Source: a virus
Lineage: Duplodnaviria; Caudoviricetes
IMG/VR virus record: IMGVR_UViG_3300024249_000021
Span: 1 to 34,345 of that record
Reading direction: 5' to 3' (one strand)
Length of the DNA stretch: 34,345 nucleotides
Position numbers and translations under genes: made by a program. Under the pieces are notes generated by a model that made no database searches, was not told the origin of the DNA, and worked only from the letters and a program-made list of their open reading frames with translations. This document shows, in pieces, positions 24,386-32,724 of this stretch; the first letter of the stretch is position 1, and each line of letters opens with the position of its first letter.

Positions 24386-25658
24386 ACGAATGCGATCGGC
24401 GCAAATAAAATACATGGTTAACCGCTTCCTTGCGTGGCGGCTGCCTGAGAATTTCAATCCCGATGGAGGGATTAGCTTCAAACAGATGCGCAACGAAAAC
24501 ACGCCGTATCCGGCAAAGAATGAACCTGTCGGGACTAACTTACTTGACATGACACAAGCAGAAGAGATGATTCGGTATCTAGTTGACGGAATGCCCGCCC
24601 TTGCCGCCCCACAGCCCGATAGAACACAGGCGGAGTCGCTTCCAGTGACCAATCTGGATGAAGAGTCTTATAGCGCACTCGTGCGTGACGCAATACGCTG
24701 GCGCAAACAGCACATGGATGGGCCGTGGCCGCTAATGCTGGGAGAAGATGCTTGGCTGGATGAGTTGGATGAAACCTTCCAGTATGGGCGCGGTAAGGCG
24801 TGGAGACGTGACAAGATGCGAACAATTCTGCGAGCGTATCGCGCTAATTTGCTTTCACAGCCAACCGCCCAGCCCCCGCCGCCAACGTTTGAGGAGCCGC
24901 TGCGGGTGATTCTCGGCCAGCACTATCACTTCACTTGGTCAGATGGCTCGCATCGTTGCCGATGCGGTCGCTGGTCGTTCGGCGCGAAAAGCGATGAACT
25001 TGCTGCGCAGAAGGATTGGGTAGAACACGTTATGGAAGAAATCCCGCGTAAGGGCGATAAGGCATTCGACGCGCTATCCAGATGGAATGAAACAGCTGTA
25101 GGTCTTCTTCTTTACAGATGCAAGACGGATAAAGAAATTGCTGAGGCACTGAATGACAACATGGACATTCAAGTCGCTGCCGCTCTCCGCACGCAGGCCC
25201 CGCTCCCGACCGCTTCCTTCAGAACACGAGTGGAGGACTATGCCAAGAATTTGCGCAATAGAGTTTTCGCTCCCGGAATAAACATAGTCCACCAGATTGC
25301 AAAGGAATTAGAGGAAGGGATTCTCTCCGAAGCCGAACCACAGCCACGCACCGCAACCGAAGTTCTGATGACCGAGCGAGCCGACGATTACCGCAGGTGC
25401 GTTTTGATGGCGTTGGCGAAAGTCCCAGAGAGCGTCTACAAACTGTACCTGCTTCCGGCAGAAACGCAGATGATACAAGAGCTTTGGGCGGGCGCAGAGA
25501 AGCTGGCAGGGGAGCAAAAGCGGATCGTCAATGGTCATGTACTTAAAGAGTGTAATTGCGGAAATTGCCCCGTATGCGAATGGGGCGCTGGAATTTGCGT
25601 TAACTGCAATGCCGCCGAGATCGAACTAGAAAAACCGTGCGAGAAGATGCCGCGCTAA
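24375..25658 (+). CDS. Mosaic early accessory protein
   Basis: Short modules joined by Pro/Ala linkers (RFL.W.LP..F.PDGGISF; H...C.CG...WVEH; C-terminal Cys cluster). Confidence 0.65.
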   Translation: METERMRSAQIKYMVNRFLAWRLPENFNPDGGISFKQMRNENTPYPAKNEPVGTNLLDMTQAEEMIRYLVDGMPALAAPQPDRTQAESLPVTNLDEESYSALVRDAIRWRKQHMDGPWPLMLGEDAWLDELDETFQYGRGKAWRRDKMRTILRAYRANLLSQPTAQPPPPTFEEPLRVILGQHYHFTWSDGSHRCRCGRWSFGAKSDELAAQKDWVEHVMEEIPRKGDKAFDALSRWNETAVGLLLYRCKTDKEIAEALNDNMDIQVAAALRTQAPLPTASFRTRVEDYAKNLRNRVFAPGINIVHQIAKELEEGILSEAEPQPRTATEVLMTERADDYRRCVLMALAKVPESVYKLYLLPAETQMIQELWAGAEKLAGEQKRIVNGHVLKECNCGNCPVCEWGAGICVNCNAAEIELEKPCEKMPR

Positions 25659-26068
25659 GCGTCGTGCGTTTCCGCCACCGCGTCGTGATTATTCCCGTCC
25701 GCCGGAGGATAGATCGTATTCCGCGCTCGCTGGCAGTGAATATGCTCGTTTTCCGTGCCGCCTGCCTCAAGAAACGCATAGAAGAGCGGTCCTGCTTCGC
25801 GGCTGATCGTGTCGAGCGCAAGCTGTTTCTGTTCGTTCGTTAGATCGTGTGTGCGTACGTCGTACGCTTCGCCGCTATGATGCGGATCGGTTTCGCCCGA
25901 GTGGCAGCCGTCGCTACCGCTCGTAATCGTCAGATCATGACCTATATCGTGCGTCGCTTTAACGAGCGCGCCGAGAAGTACGAAACCGGCGGGCGCGATA
26001 GTACCTTTGTAAGCTCCGATGATAGCAGCGAACGTGACGCCTTCTTTAACGCGAACGACTGGAAACAT
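25655..26068 (-). CDS. Endolysin, peptidase M15 / Hedgehog-DD-peptidase fold
   Basis: ITSG.D..H....H..G.A.D.R...HIH Zn-binding pattern; GAGGAG SD; end of the lysis cassette. Confidence 0.8.
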   Translation of the reverse strand: MFPVVRVKEGVTFAAIIGAYKGTIAPAGFVLLGALVKATHDIGHDLTITSGSDGCHSGETDPHHSGEAYDVRTHDLTNEQKQLALDTISREAGPLFYAFLEAGGTENEHIHCQRARNTIYPPADGNNHDAVAETHDA

Positions 26069-26081
26069 TTATAAATTCTCC

Positions 26082-26255
26082 TCACGGATAAATCTTGTCG
26101 TATACAAATCCGGCGAAACTAACACCAACACCGAGATAAACAACTGGTACGCCAAACCAATGCCGCAGACCGACAAGCCCACCAACTACGATCATCAACC
26201 CAACGAATTGCAGCCACGAAGCTAGCTTCACGTACTTGCTTAGATCGAATGCCAT
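26082..26255 (-). CDS. Small two-TM membrane protein (holin/antiholin candidate)
   Basis: GGAGG SD before ATG 26255; two hydrophobic segments. Confidence 0.6.
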   Translation of the reverse strand: MAFDLSKYVKLASWLQFVGLMIVVGGLVGLRHWFGVPVVYLGVGVSFAGFVYDKIYP

Positions 26256-26263
26256 ACCGCCTC

Positions 26264-26869
26264 CTAGTGAGATTTTGCCGCCACATACCCAACTCCTGCT
26301 CCGATTGCGAGCCACTTCACGGCCCGCCCGAAGCGTTGCCATTTAGTACCGCCGCGAGCCGCTACTACCGCCGCATCGCGTTCTTTCTGTAGCGCCTTAA
26401 TTTGTAAATCCGCTAGCTGCATCTGCTCAACGCGCGAGTTTAGATCGGCTTGCGCCGTCGTAAGTTTCAGCTCGCATTCGCGGCATTTCTCGATCACGGC
26501 GGGTAGATCGGGCAGAGTAGCAGCCGGGATAGTCGCTACGGCTTCGCCCGTCTTCGGGTTAACGCTGATCTGTATACCCTTAAGCGCCTCCGAGAGCTGC
26601 TGCTGCGACCACGCAGCTTGCTGCGTCGGAGTCTTAAGCTGCGCGACGGTCGCTTGCCACGAAACAATCATCGATTGAGTAGCGGCGTCCCGCGCGTCGT
26701 CTTCGCGTTGATGAGCTTCGCGGTCAGCTTGCGCTTGCGTTAATATCTGCTTCTGCGCGTCGAGCGTCGCCTGCATCTTCGTCTGTGCGTCGTGAGATTG
26801 TAGCGCCGAGTAACCGAAGAGAAGCACTATGCAGGCGCCAGCACTCTCAAGGATTAGGCGGAGGTTCAT
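26264..26869 (-). CDS. Spanin-like protein (N-terminal TM, coiled coil, hydrophobic C-terminus)
   Basis: Lysis-cassette position; Gln/Ala coiled coils; CREC; terminal WLAIGAGVGYVAA. Confidence 0.6.
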   Translation of the reverse strand: MNLRLILESAGACIVLLFGYSALQSHDAQTKMQATLDAQKQILTQAQADREAHQREDDARDAATQSMIVSWQATVAQLKTPTQQAAWSQQQLSEALKGIQISVNPKTGEAVATIPAATLPDLPAVIEKCRECELKLTTAQADLNSRVEQMQLADLQIKALQKERDAAVVAARGGTKWQRFGRAVKWLAIGAGVGYVAAKSH

Positions 26870-27233
26870 TTGCCACCGGAACTGCCGGTAATTCCTTCTG
26901 AAGGCCGATCAGCGCAAGCGCCTTACTCGTCGCTTCGTCGATGCCGAAGCCGACGAAGATCGCCGCCCCGAGATGAAGCGTCAAGCTATCGTCGAGAAAC
27001 TTCTCTACGCCGAGCGCCGGGTTCTCCCAAATAAGCAGGAACGAGCCGAGGCACATAATCCAACGTACGACGAGCGGCATCCAGCGTAGACTAAGATATT
27101 GCTTAAGGCTGGAAACATCGTTATTCTTTGACGCCATGCCGAGATGTGCGGCGACAAAGAAATTCGCCACTAGCCCAAGATGGTAGAAAAGCAAAGCCAG
27201 CGCGTAGTGCAGTACCGGGTGGTTTTCGATCAA
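26847..27233 (-). CDS. Putative holin, ~3 TM
   Basis: Three hydrophobic segments; lysis cassette. Confidence 0.6.
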   Translation of the reverse strand: MIENHPVLHYALALLFYHLGLVANFFVAAHLGMASKNNDVSSLKQYLSLRWMPLVVRWIMCLGSFLLIWENPALGVEKFLDDSLTLHLGAAIFVGFGIDEATSKALALIGLQKELPAVPVANEPPPNP

Positions 27234-27427
27234 GATCGTACCCCTTTCGAACGCGTAGGAAGCTCGTGTAGCGGCACGCCAACATCTTTCGCGTACTTCG
27301 ACATAAGCATTTCATGTTCGATCATGAAAATTCCCATTCTCCTATCAATCCGAAGAAGGAAAGCGCCTACTGCGATTACGGCCGGTATAGAACCGACGAC
27401 ATACTCGCCTACTTTGCCCCAATCCAT
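27230..27427 (-). CDS. Small single-TM protein (lysis accessory)
   Basis: N-terminal hydrophobic helix; GAGG SD. Confidence 0.6.
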   Translation of the reverse strand: MDWGKVGEYVVGSIPAVIAVGAFLLRIDRRMGIFMIEHEMLMSKYAKDVGVPLHELPTRSKGVRS

Positions 27428-27444
27428 TCATGGCCTCGATTCCT

Positions 27445-27657
27445 TTAGTGTAAAACGCCTTCCCTAAAAGCACACGCAACGAGATGCGTGCGCGAAACGG
27501 CAGAGAAGTAATGCCGCAGCTTCAAAATGTGGTACTGAACGCTCGTCTGGCCTATCGAAAGCTCCGCCATGATCTCTTTATCCGACTTACCTTCGGAAAC
27601 GAGAACGAGTACCGCCAGCTTGCGATCTGTTAGCTTAATACGGCCTCGTTCGTTCAC
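27445..27657 (-). CDS. Stand-alone LuxR/GerE-type HTH regulator
   Basis: LT.R...VL.LV.EG.S.KEI..EL.I...SV..HI..L......SRT.LV..A...G. Confidence 0.85.
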   Translation of the reverse strand: MNERGRIKLTDRKLAVLVLVSEGKSDKEIMAELSIGQTSVQYHILKLRHYFSAVSRTHLVACAFREGVLH

Positions 27658-28202
27658 TACTGCCCCATCCCTTCCAGATTCACGCTCAGCTGTAAACCGC
27701 CGACGTTCACCGTGAGCGTTCCTATTTTCGCGCCAATGCTCGCCGTCTTAAACTGCACGCCGTAGACGCAGTTCTGGCCAGCGGGAAGAGAAGCGAGGCT
27801 CCCGCAGTTCCCTCCACCGCCAAGCTGGAACGGGCCTGAGAGCAAAGACGCGGCGAGCGGCAATGGCTGGCTCGTCTGATTCGACACCATGACGAATTGC
27901 GCCGTAGAAGTCGTGTTGATGTTCTGCGGGTTGTAGACGAGTATTTGCGGGTAGACGAGGATGCCGATTGCCGATGAAGGATTGCCGGGAATGCCCTGCG
28001 GCCCTTGTGGGCCGGGAACGGGAGATTGATTTTGCAGTGCGATGATGGCGGCATCATGCGCCGTCAGTCTCGCTTCCACCCAAGTCTTGTAGTTCATGAG
28101 GGCGGTAGCAGCCGCCGCCTGCGAAGTCAGTATGTCGGGCGGTGGGCCTTGCGCGGAAAGCGCCACAGCCGCTATCAGGAAGATGCCGAGAAGTCGCTTC
28201 AA
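27657..28202 (-). CDS. Signal-peptide protein: coiled coil, collagen-like triplets, ASH/choice-of-anchor-D Ig-like domain
   Basis: TTG start overlapping the upstream TGA; KRLLGIFLIAAVALSA|Q; GPQGPQGIPG; TTS..Q.V.VSN...CG...L.AG..C...V.F.....G...GTLTV....V.L.G.G. Confidence 0.7.
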   Translation of the reverse strand: MKRLLGIFLIAAVALSAQGPPPDILTSQAAAATALMNYKTWVEARLTAHDAAIIALQNQSPVPGPQGPQGIPGNPSSAIGILVYPQILVYNPQNINTTSTAQFVMVSNQTSQPLPLAASLLSGPFQLGGGGNCGSLASLPAGQNCVYGVQFKTASIGAKIGTLTVNVGGLQLSVNLEGMGQ

Positions 28203-28516
28203 TGGAATACCCTCACTGTATAGGTCGTGGAAACTGGCGTCAGTGCGATTACTGCGCAGGATTTGACCGTCACCGTATTTGCGCTGCTGACGTAGGCGTA
28301 CCAAAGAGTTCCATCGCCGGGATAAGTATTTGGAGCGGCTAGAACGGTCATTCCCGCTGCGGCCCCTTGAACAGCAACTGTAGTGCTCGCGCATCCGCCA
28401 GCGAGAAGCGCACCACCGCCGATTGCAGAGGACGTAACTGCCATGCCGGGGCTTGGTGAACTGAAAGCCTGTGGCCAGAAGATGATTAGGAGAAACGTGG
28501 CAAGGATACTTTTCAT
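28199..28516 (-). CDS. Small putative secreted beta-domain protein (fibre-tip-like)
   Basis: MKSILATFLLIIFWPQAFS; TVAV.GA..GM.V...AYVSSANTVTV motif; ATGA overlap; 2 Cys. Confidence 0.65.
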   Translation of the reverse strand: MKSILATFLLIIFWPQAFSSPSPGMAVTSSAIGGGALLAGGCASTTVAVQGAAAGMTVLAAPNTYPGDGTLWYAYVSSANTVTVKSCAVIALTPVSTTYTVRVFH

Positions 28517-28905
28517 TGCAGCTCCAGCCTTAGAATGCGCTCTTTGCCGAGATCTGTTTCGATGGAACCAATCTGCGTACTGCCGTCCAGTAAAACGAAA
28601 ATAACATGCTGCGGCCAAGTCGAATCCACGTCTATCGTCTCTTGCACTCTGCCGTTTACGTCGGTCTCTCGCACAGCGGAAGTCCACCAGCCGCCGCGTG
28701 GCCTTGCCTGCTCGATTCGTACCTTGCCGTGATAAGGCTCGCGCGAAGTAAAGAGCCAGTGCTTCTTCTCCAGCACGATTTGCACGTCGAGCGCGTAGTG
28801 GACGAGATGCTCAGGCGGTTTCGGGTGATGGTAGATGGACATAGCCCGAGCGCGGGGATTTTCTTCCTGCCCGAACAACATGAAGAGTGCCAGAATTATT
28901 GCCAT
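28513..28905 (-). CDS. Hypothetical protein with short hydrophobic N-terminus
   Basis: MAIILALFMLFGQ; TD.NG motif of small Ig/prealbumin-like folds. Confidence 0.55.
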   Translation of the reverse strand: MAIILALFMLFGQEENPRARAMSIYHHPKPPEHLVHYALDVQIVLEKKHWLFTSREPYHGKVRIEQARPRGGWWTSAVRETDVNGRVQETIDVDSTWPQHVIFVLLDGSTQIGSIETDLGKERILRLELQ

Positions 28906-31142
28906 ATGACTGCCGCCTTCACTCCGGCCAATGTATCCGCAGCCTGCGTCGTAAACTGAATCGAAATCAAGTCTCCATCCGCAAAAGCCACTGAGTGCGT
29001 CGAATCAAGACAGGATGTGCCCGTACCTATCGTGCAGGTGATGGTCGTTGCGCCGCCGTTCTTTAGAACGGTCACGACACCAGAGGATGCGTTCGTTCCC
29101 GCTGCCGTCGCCGTAACACGCAAACTCAAAGCCGTTGCCGCTCCCGCGATTGGAACGCCAGAGCCTATTGTCGTGGAAGTGCAAGTCGTGAGCGTGACGT
29201 TCGGGCCAGTTCCGTAGAGGCCGAGAGTGGAAGCAGCCGTGCCAACTCCAGTGCAAGTTCCCTTGAGAGAGTGCGCATCGGCAATCACGGTGCCAGCCGC
29301 CGCGCCGGTAATCAGCCCTGCTACAACAGAAGAGTCCCGCGTGATGTGCATCGTACCAGCGGTTAGATTTACCGCTGCCGTCGTCCCGCCGATTTGCGTG
29401 CCGCCTGTGAGAATCAGCTTCTGGCCAGATTGGTTAAGGAATGCTCCGTTGCTCGTTGACGAAGTGCAGTTCCACCGCGCACCGTCGAGAATCGTCAGCG
29501 CCGTCGCGCCATTCGCCATGTACATTCCGGTAGCATTTGCGACCGTCGAACACGAGAACAGGTTTACACCGACACCGTGGTAGCGGCCTCTCTGGTCAAT
29601 GAGAATCGTTCCGCCCGTCACACCATAATCGCTGCCGTAGTCGGTAATGTCGGCGCCGCTTTGAACTTGCACGTTTGCGCCGAGCGTGTCTCCGCAGAAG
29701 CCGTAGTAAATCTTGGCGATGGTTCCGTTTACGAAGCAGCCCACCTTGCCGCATCCGTCTACGATTGGCGCTCCCCATGTTCTTACGCCATTTCCATCGA
29801 AAGAAAAGCCGATAAGATTAGCATCGGAACCGCCAAAGGCCATACAGCCCACGTTCGTCCACTGCGAGCCAAGCCCCGGCCCGAAGATTTTCTTTGCCGT
29901 TGCAGCAGCGGTATTTCCTATCCCGAAACCGTTCGCCTGCAAGTTCTGCCAGACAGATTCGAGATACCCGCCGAAGCAAACATCTCCACCACCGCCACCT
30001 GTGCAGGTCGTGAAATCAAATCCAGAAAATAGGCCGAGAACGGTAACGCCCATTCCCTCGCCGTCAACTTCCGCCGTGTAGTCAGCTTGTGGTTCCATGC
30101 CGAGACAGGAAGCGCCGGGATTGTTGAAGTGGCCCTTGAGCAGGGCGGTGATTCCAGCCGAAAAGTTTGCCGAGCCGCATTTTCCCGCCGTCTGCCAAGC
30201 GGTCTCTGCCGCCGTGAACGCAGTATCGTCGTTCGTTGCCCACGCGATAATGCAGGCGGAACCTGAACAGCTAGAGGTGGCATTCTGTGCTGTCCCATCG
30301 GAGTCTTTGCAGATATTCGCAGTCGTTGCGTTGACGACACCAACGCCACTCGAACCAGAATCCGTCGCTTTGCAGATGTGCATTCCGATTTGGCTGAATA
30401 GTGCGACACCTATAAAATTTTGCGATAGACCGCAGCAGCCATTCGAGGCAGTGAACTGTTTTCCGTTGTCCGTAGAAGCCGACCAGTTTGCGTGGTTGCA
30501 AGTGATCTGATTGCTCGTATTCGTAATTGTGATTGTGTCAACGTTGCCGAAACATGCGCGACCATCGAACTTCGCGCCAAAGGCAGAGGGATTCACCGAA
30601 CCTGTCTGTGTAGGCGAAGGCCCAACCCAAACGCCATTTGTGCAAGTGTAATTCCCGCGATTACCCGTATTCAAAAAGACCGTTTGCCCTTCTGTGCATG
30701 GCAGCGCAGGCAGCGAAGAGACGGAAGTGGTGCCGCCACCACCGGGGCCGGGCGGTCCTTGCGGGCCGGTATTTAGCCCGGTCGAGATCGTAACGTTAAT
30801 CGTGCCGCTCGTAAACGCCGTTACGTCGGCGCAAACGTCGGTAAAGCCGTTCGTCGAGATCGCGGTCGTACCGACGCTCGAAGAAGTCGAGGAAGCCGTC
30901 CACGTTCCGCCGCCGTTATTCGAAAGCCGAAACGTAACCGTTGCGGTGAACGTGCCCGCAAGGTTGATCGTCGTCGTCGCGGCGTTCGACGGCAGGATTT
31001 GCCAAACGAAGCTCCCGTTCGTCGAGCACGTTCCGGCGTCTACGAGCGTAAGGTTCGCGCCGAGCGGGTTCGAGTTGTTGCGCTGGGCTTGCGCAAGAAA
31101 AGGAGTAGCGAGAAGCAAAACAAGAGATAACATTTTTTTCAT
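28896..31142 (-). CDS. Signal-peptide-bearing tailspike/fibre with beta-helix-like body
   Basis: MKKMLSLVLLLATPFLAQA|Q; GPQGPPG; VNPSAFGAKFDG...DDTAFTAA pectate-lyase-3-like cap; 26 Cys; TGATG coupling. Confidence 0.75.
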   Translation of the reverse strand: MKKMLSLVLLLATPFLAQAQRNNSNPLGANLTLVDAGTCSTNGSFVWQILPSNAATTTINLAGTFTATVTFRLSNNGGGTWTASSTSSSVGTTAISTNGFTDVCADVTAFTSGTINVTISTGLNTGPQGPPGPGGGGTTSVSSLPALPCTEGQTVFLNTGNRGNYTCTNGVWVGPSPTQTGSVNPSAFGAKFDGRACFGNVDTITITNTSNQITCNHANWSASTDNGKQFTASNGCCGLSQNFIGVALFSQIGMHICKATDSGSSGVGVVNATTANICKDSDGTAQNATSSCSGSACIIAWATNDDTAFTAAETAWQTAGKCGSANFSAGITALLKGHFNNPGASCLGMEPQADYTAEVDGEGMGVTVLGLFSGFDFTTCTGGGGGDVCFGGYLESVWQNLQANGFGIGNTAAATAKKIFGPGLGSQWTNVGCMAFGGSDANLIGFSFDGNGVRTWGAPIVDGCGKVGCFVNGTIAKIYYGFCGDTLGANVQVQSGADITDYGSDYGVTGGTILIDQRGRYHGVGVNLFSCSTVANATGMYMANGATALTILDGARWNCTSSTSNGAFLNQSGQKLILTGGTQIGGTTAAVNLTAGTMHITRDSSVVAGLITGAAAGTVIADAHSLKGTCTGVGTAASTLGLYGTGPNVTLTTCTSTTIGSGVPIAGAATALSLRVTATAAGTNASSGVVTVLKNGGATTITCTIGTGTSCLDSTHSVAFADGDLISIQFTTQAADTLAGVKAAVIWQ

Positions 31143-31702
31143 CAGTAGGCCACCGTAATTCGCACGCAATCAATTCCAACCGTACTATCTCCGTCTACTA
31201 AATCCGTATTTTTTACGTTCACTTGAACGCCGAAATTAGAAGCGTTTATATCGGATGGTGACCATGCTAAGCCCCATAGATCGGTGGCGCTTCCGTAATT
31301 AAACGTTTCCGGTACCGTACCTGACCAAAGGGCTGCAGAGGCCTTATTATTACCCGAACCCACTCCGCCCTTTATAAGCCTTACTGTATTATCTTGAATT
31401 TGCGCATTGCCGGTTATATCTAAATGTAAAACCGAAACAGAAATCCCCGCTATTACGGCGGTAGAAGGAATTGAAAATCCAAAGTTCGTACTGCTTAAAG
31501 AAGGACCGACGGCCCCTTCGTGAACAACAGCAGTAGCATAAGCTCCGTCGCAAGCCTTCGCGTTGTTAAAGTTCGTCCAGCCAACAGCGGTACCAGGCGT
31601 AAACGGCCCCTGTATGCCGTGCAATAAAACCGATCTGTGTCCCGTCCCCATGATCGGCGTTTGAAATGCGAGCAACAGCGATAGCAGTGTTCGTGTTATC
31701 AT
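31142..31702 (-). CDS. Putative tail-associated carbohydrate-binding-like protein
   Basis: MITRTLLSLLLAFQ; NFGFSIP..A.I.GI.V...YG...DLWG..W...DIN..NFGV domain seen in phage tail genes; ATGA overlap. Confidence 0.65.
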   Translation of the reverse strand: MITRTLLSLLLAFQTPIMGTGHRSVLLHGIQGPFTPGTAVGWTNFNNAKACDGAYATAVVHEGAVGPSLSSTNFGFSIPSTAVIAGISVSVLHLDITGNAQIQDNTVRLIKGGVGSGNNKASAALWSGTVPETFNYGSATDLWGLAWSPSDINASNFGVQVNVKNTDLVDGDSTVGIDCVRITVAY

Positions 31703-32724
31703 TGGGTAAAAGAAACCGTCCACGTCGTCGTTTTCGTCGTTCCGTCGCTATTAAACGTAAACGTTAGCGCATCGTTGTTCGCAAGAGTCGTAACGCTTAG
31801 CGTGCCCGCCGCTCCGCCGCCGCTCTTTGTGTTCGTGCAGGTGATAGCACCGGTAAGAATGTTCGTTCCCGCATTGTTCTTAAGCACGACGTTCGAAGTT
31901 CCGTTGTTATCCGACCAGCAGTTCACGCCGGTAATCGTCCACGTTACGCCGCTCTTATTGACGCACGAAAACTCTGTATACGTCGCAATCGGGATAGCGT
32001 TCGAGCCATCGCCAAGACCTGGCAGGCACTCGAACTTCGAATACTGCGCGGCGAGCTTTGGGCCGGTAACGACGCCATTTGCAATAGTCGTAACGGCGGT
32101 GTTTGTCGTCGTTACATCGCCACTAAGATTGCAATTCGTTACCGAAGTAGCGCCGGAAAAGCATGTAAGCTCACTAGCGGCAGGCGTTCCCGTAGCCGTA
32201 AGCGTGCCGCTCGAAGTGCCGCACGGCCCGCTGGCCGTTACCGGCCCATTTGCACCCTCTTGCAAGCAATTCCCGATAACCCATGCCGGGTTATTGATGT
32301 TTCCGTTAGCGACAATTTGCACGTTCGGATTCGTCGGTAGCGAAACCGTAACAAAGAATGGGCCGAGATTCACGCCATTCGAAAGCGTAACCGTGTAGTC
32401 GTACTGTCCGGGCGGAACCCAGACGCCCCAGTTGTTCTGCGCATCCACGGTAGCGACGCACGCTGAAGTTCCGTCGAGTACGATCTGCGTAGCGGTCGAG
32501 CACGCGGTTACGAGCGTCGCATCGGTGAAAGTTGTGACCTTATTCGTGCATGGGACGGCGTTTGCTGGATGCGCGCAAAATGAAACAACCGGGTTCGGCG
32601 GCAATATGACTGCGTTTGTAATCGATGCGATTGTACCTTCTTGCTGGACGGTAGAATTGAATCGCACGCCCTGCGCTGCAGCGGCGCTTGCAAAAAGAAC
32701 GAAGAGTAAAAGTAATCGTTTCAT
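31699..32724 (-). CDS. Signal-peptide-bearing tail fibre
   Basis: MKRLLLLFVLFASAAAA|Q; D..NWG.W..PG.YDYT N-terminal domain; LSGDVT...TTIANGVVT..KLA fibre repeat; 12 Cys. Confidence 0.75.
   Translation of the reverse strand: MKRLLLLFVLFASAAAAQGVRFNSTVQQEGTIASITNAVILPPNPVVSFCAHPANAVPCTNKVTTFTDATLVTACSTATQIVLDGTSACVATVDAQNNWGVWVPPGQYDYTVTLSNGVNLGPFFVTVSLPTNPNVQIVANGNINNPAWVIGNCLQEGANGPVTASGPCGTSSGTLTATGTPAASELTCFSGATSVTNCNLSGDVTTTNTAVTTIANGVVTGPKLAAQYSKFECLPGLGDGSNAIPIATYTEFSCVNKSGVTWTITGVNCWSDNNGTSNVVLKNNAGTNILTGAITCTNTKSGGGAAGTLSVTTLANNDALTFTFNSDGTTKTTTWTVSFTQ

Noticed and set aside
26825-26869. Possible lipobox AGAC in the spanin-like protein
   Set aside because: Cys at position 13 precedes the hydrophobic stretch, the h-region contains Glu and the -3 residue is atypical
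28203-28394. Upstream extensions of tail-cluster ORFs in the track (also 28517-28687, 31143-31169, 32725-32934)
   Set aside because: They overlap neighbouring genes; downstream starts give stop/start coupling and put the signal peptides at the N-terminus
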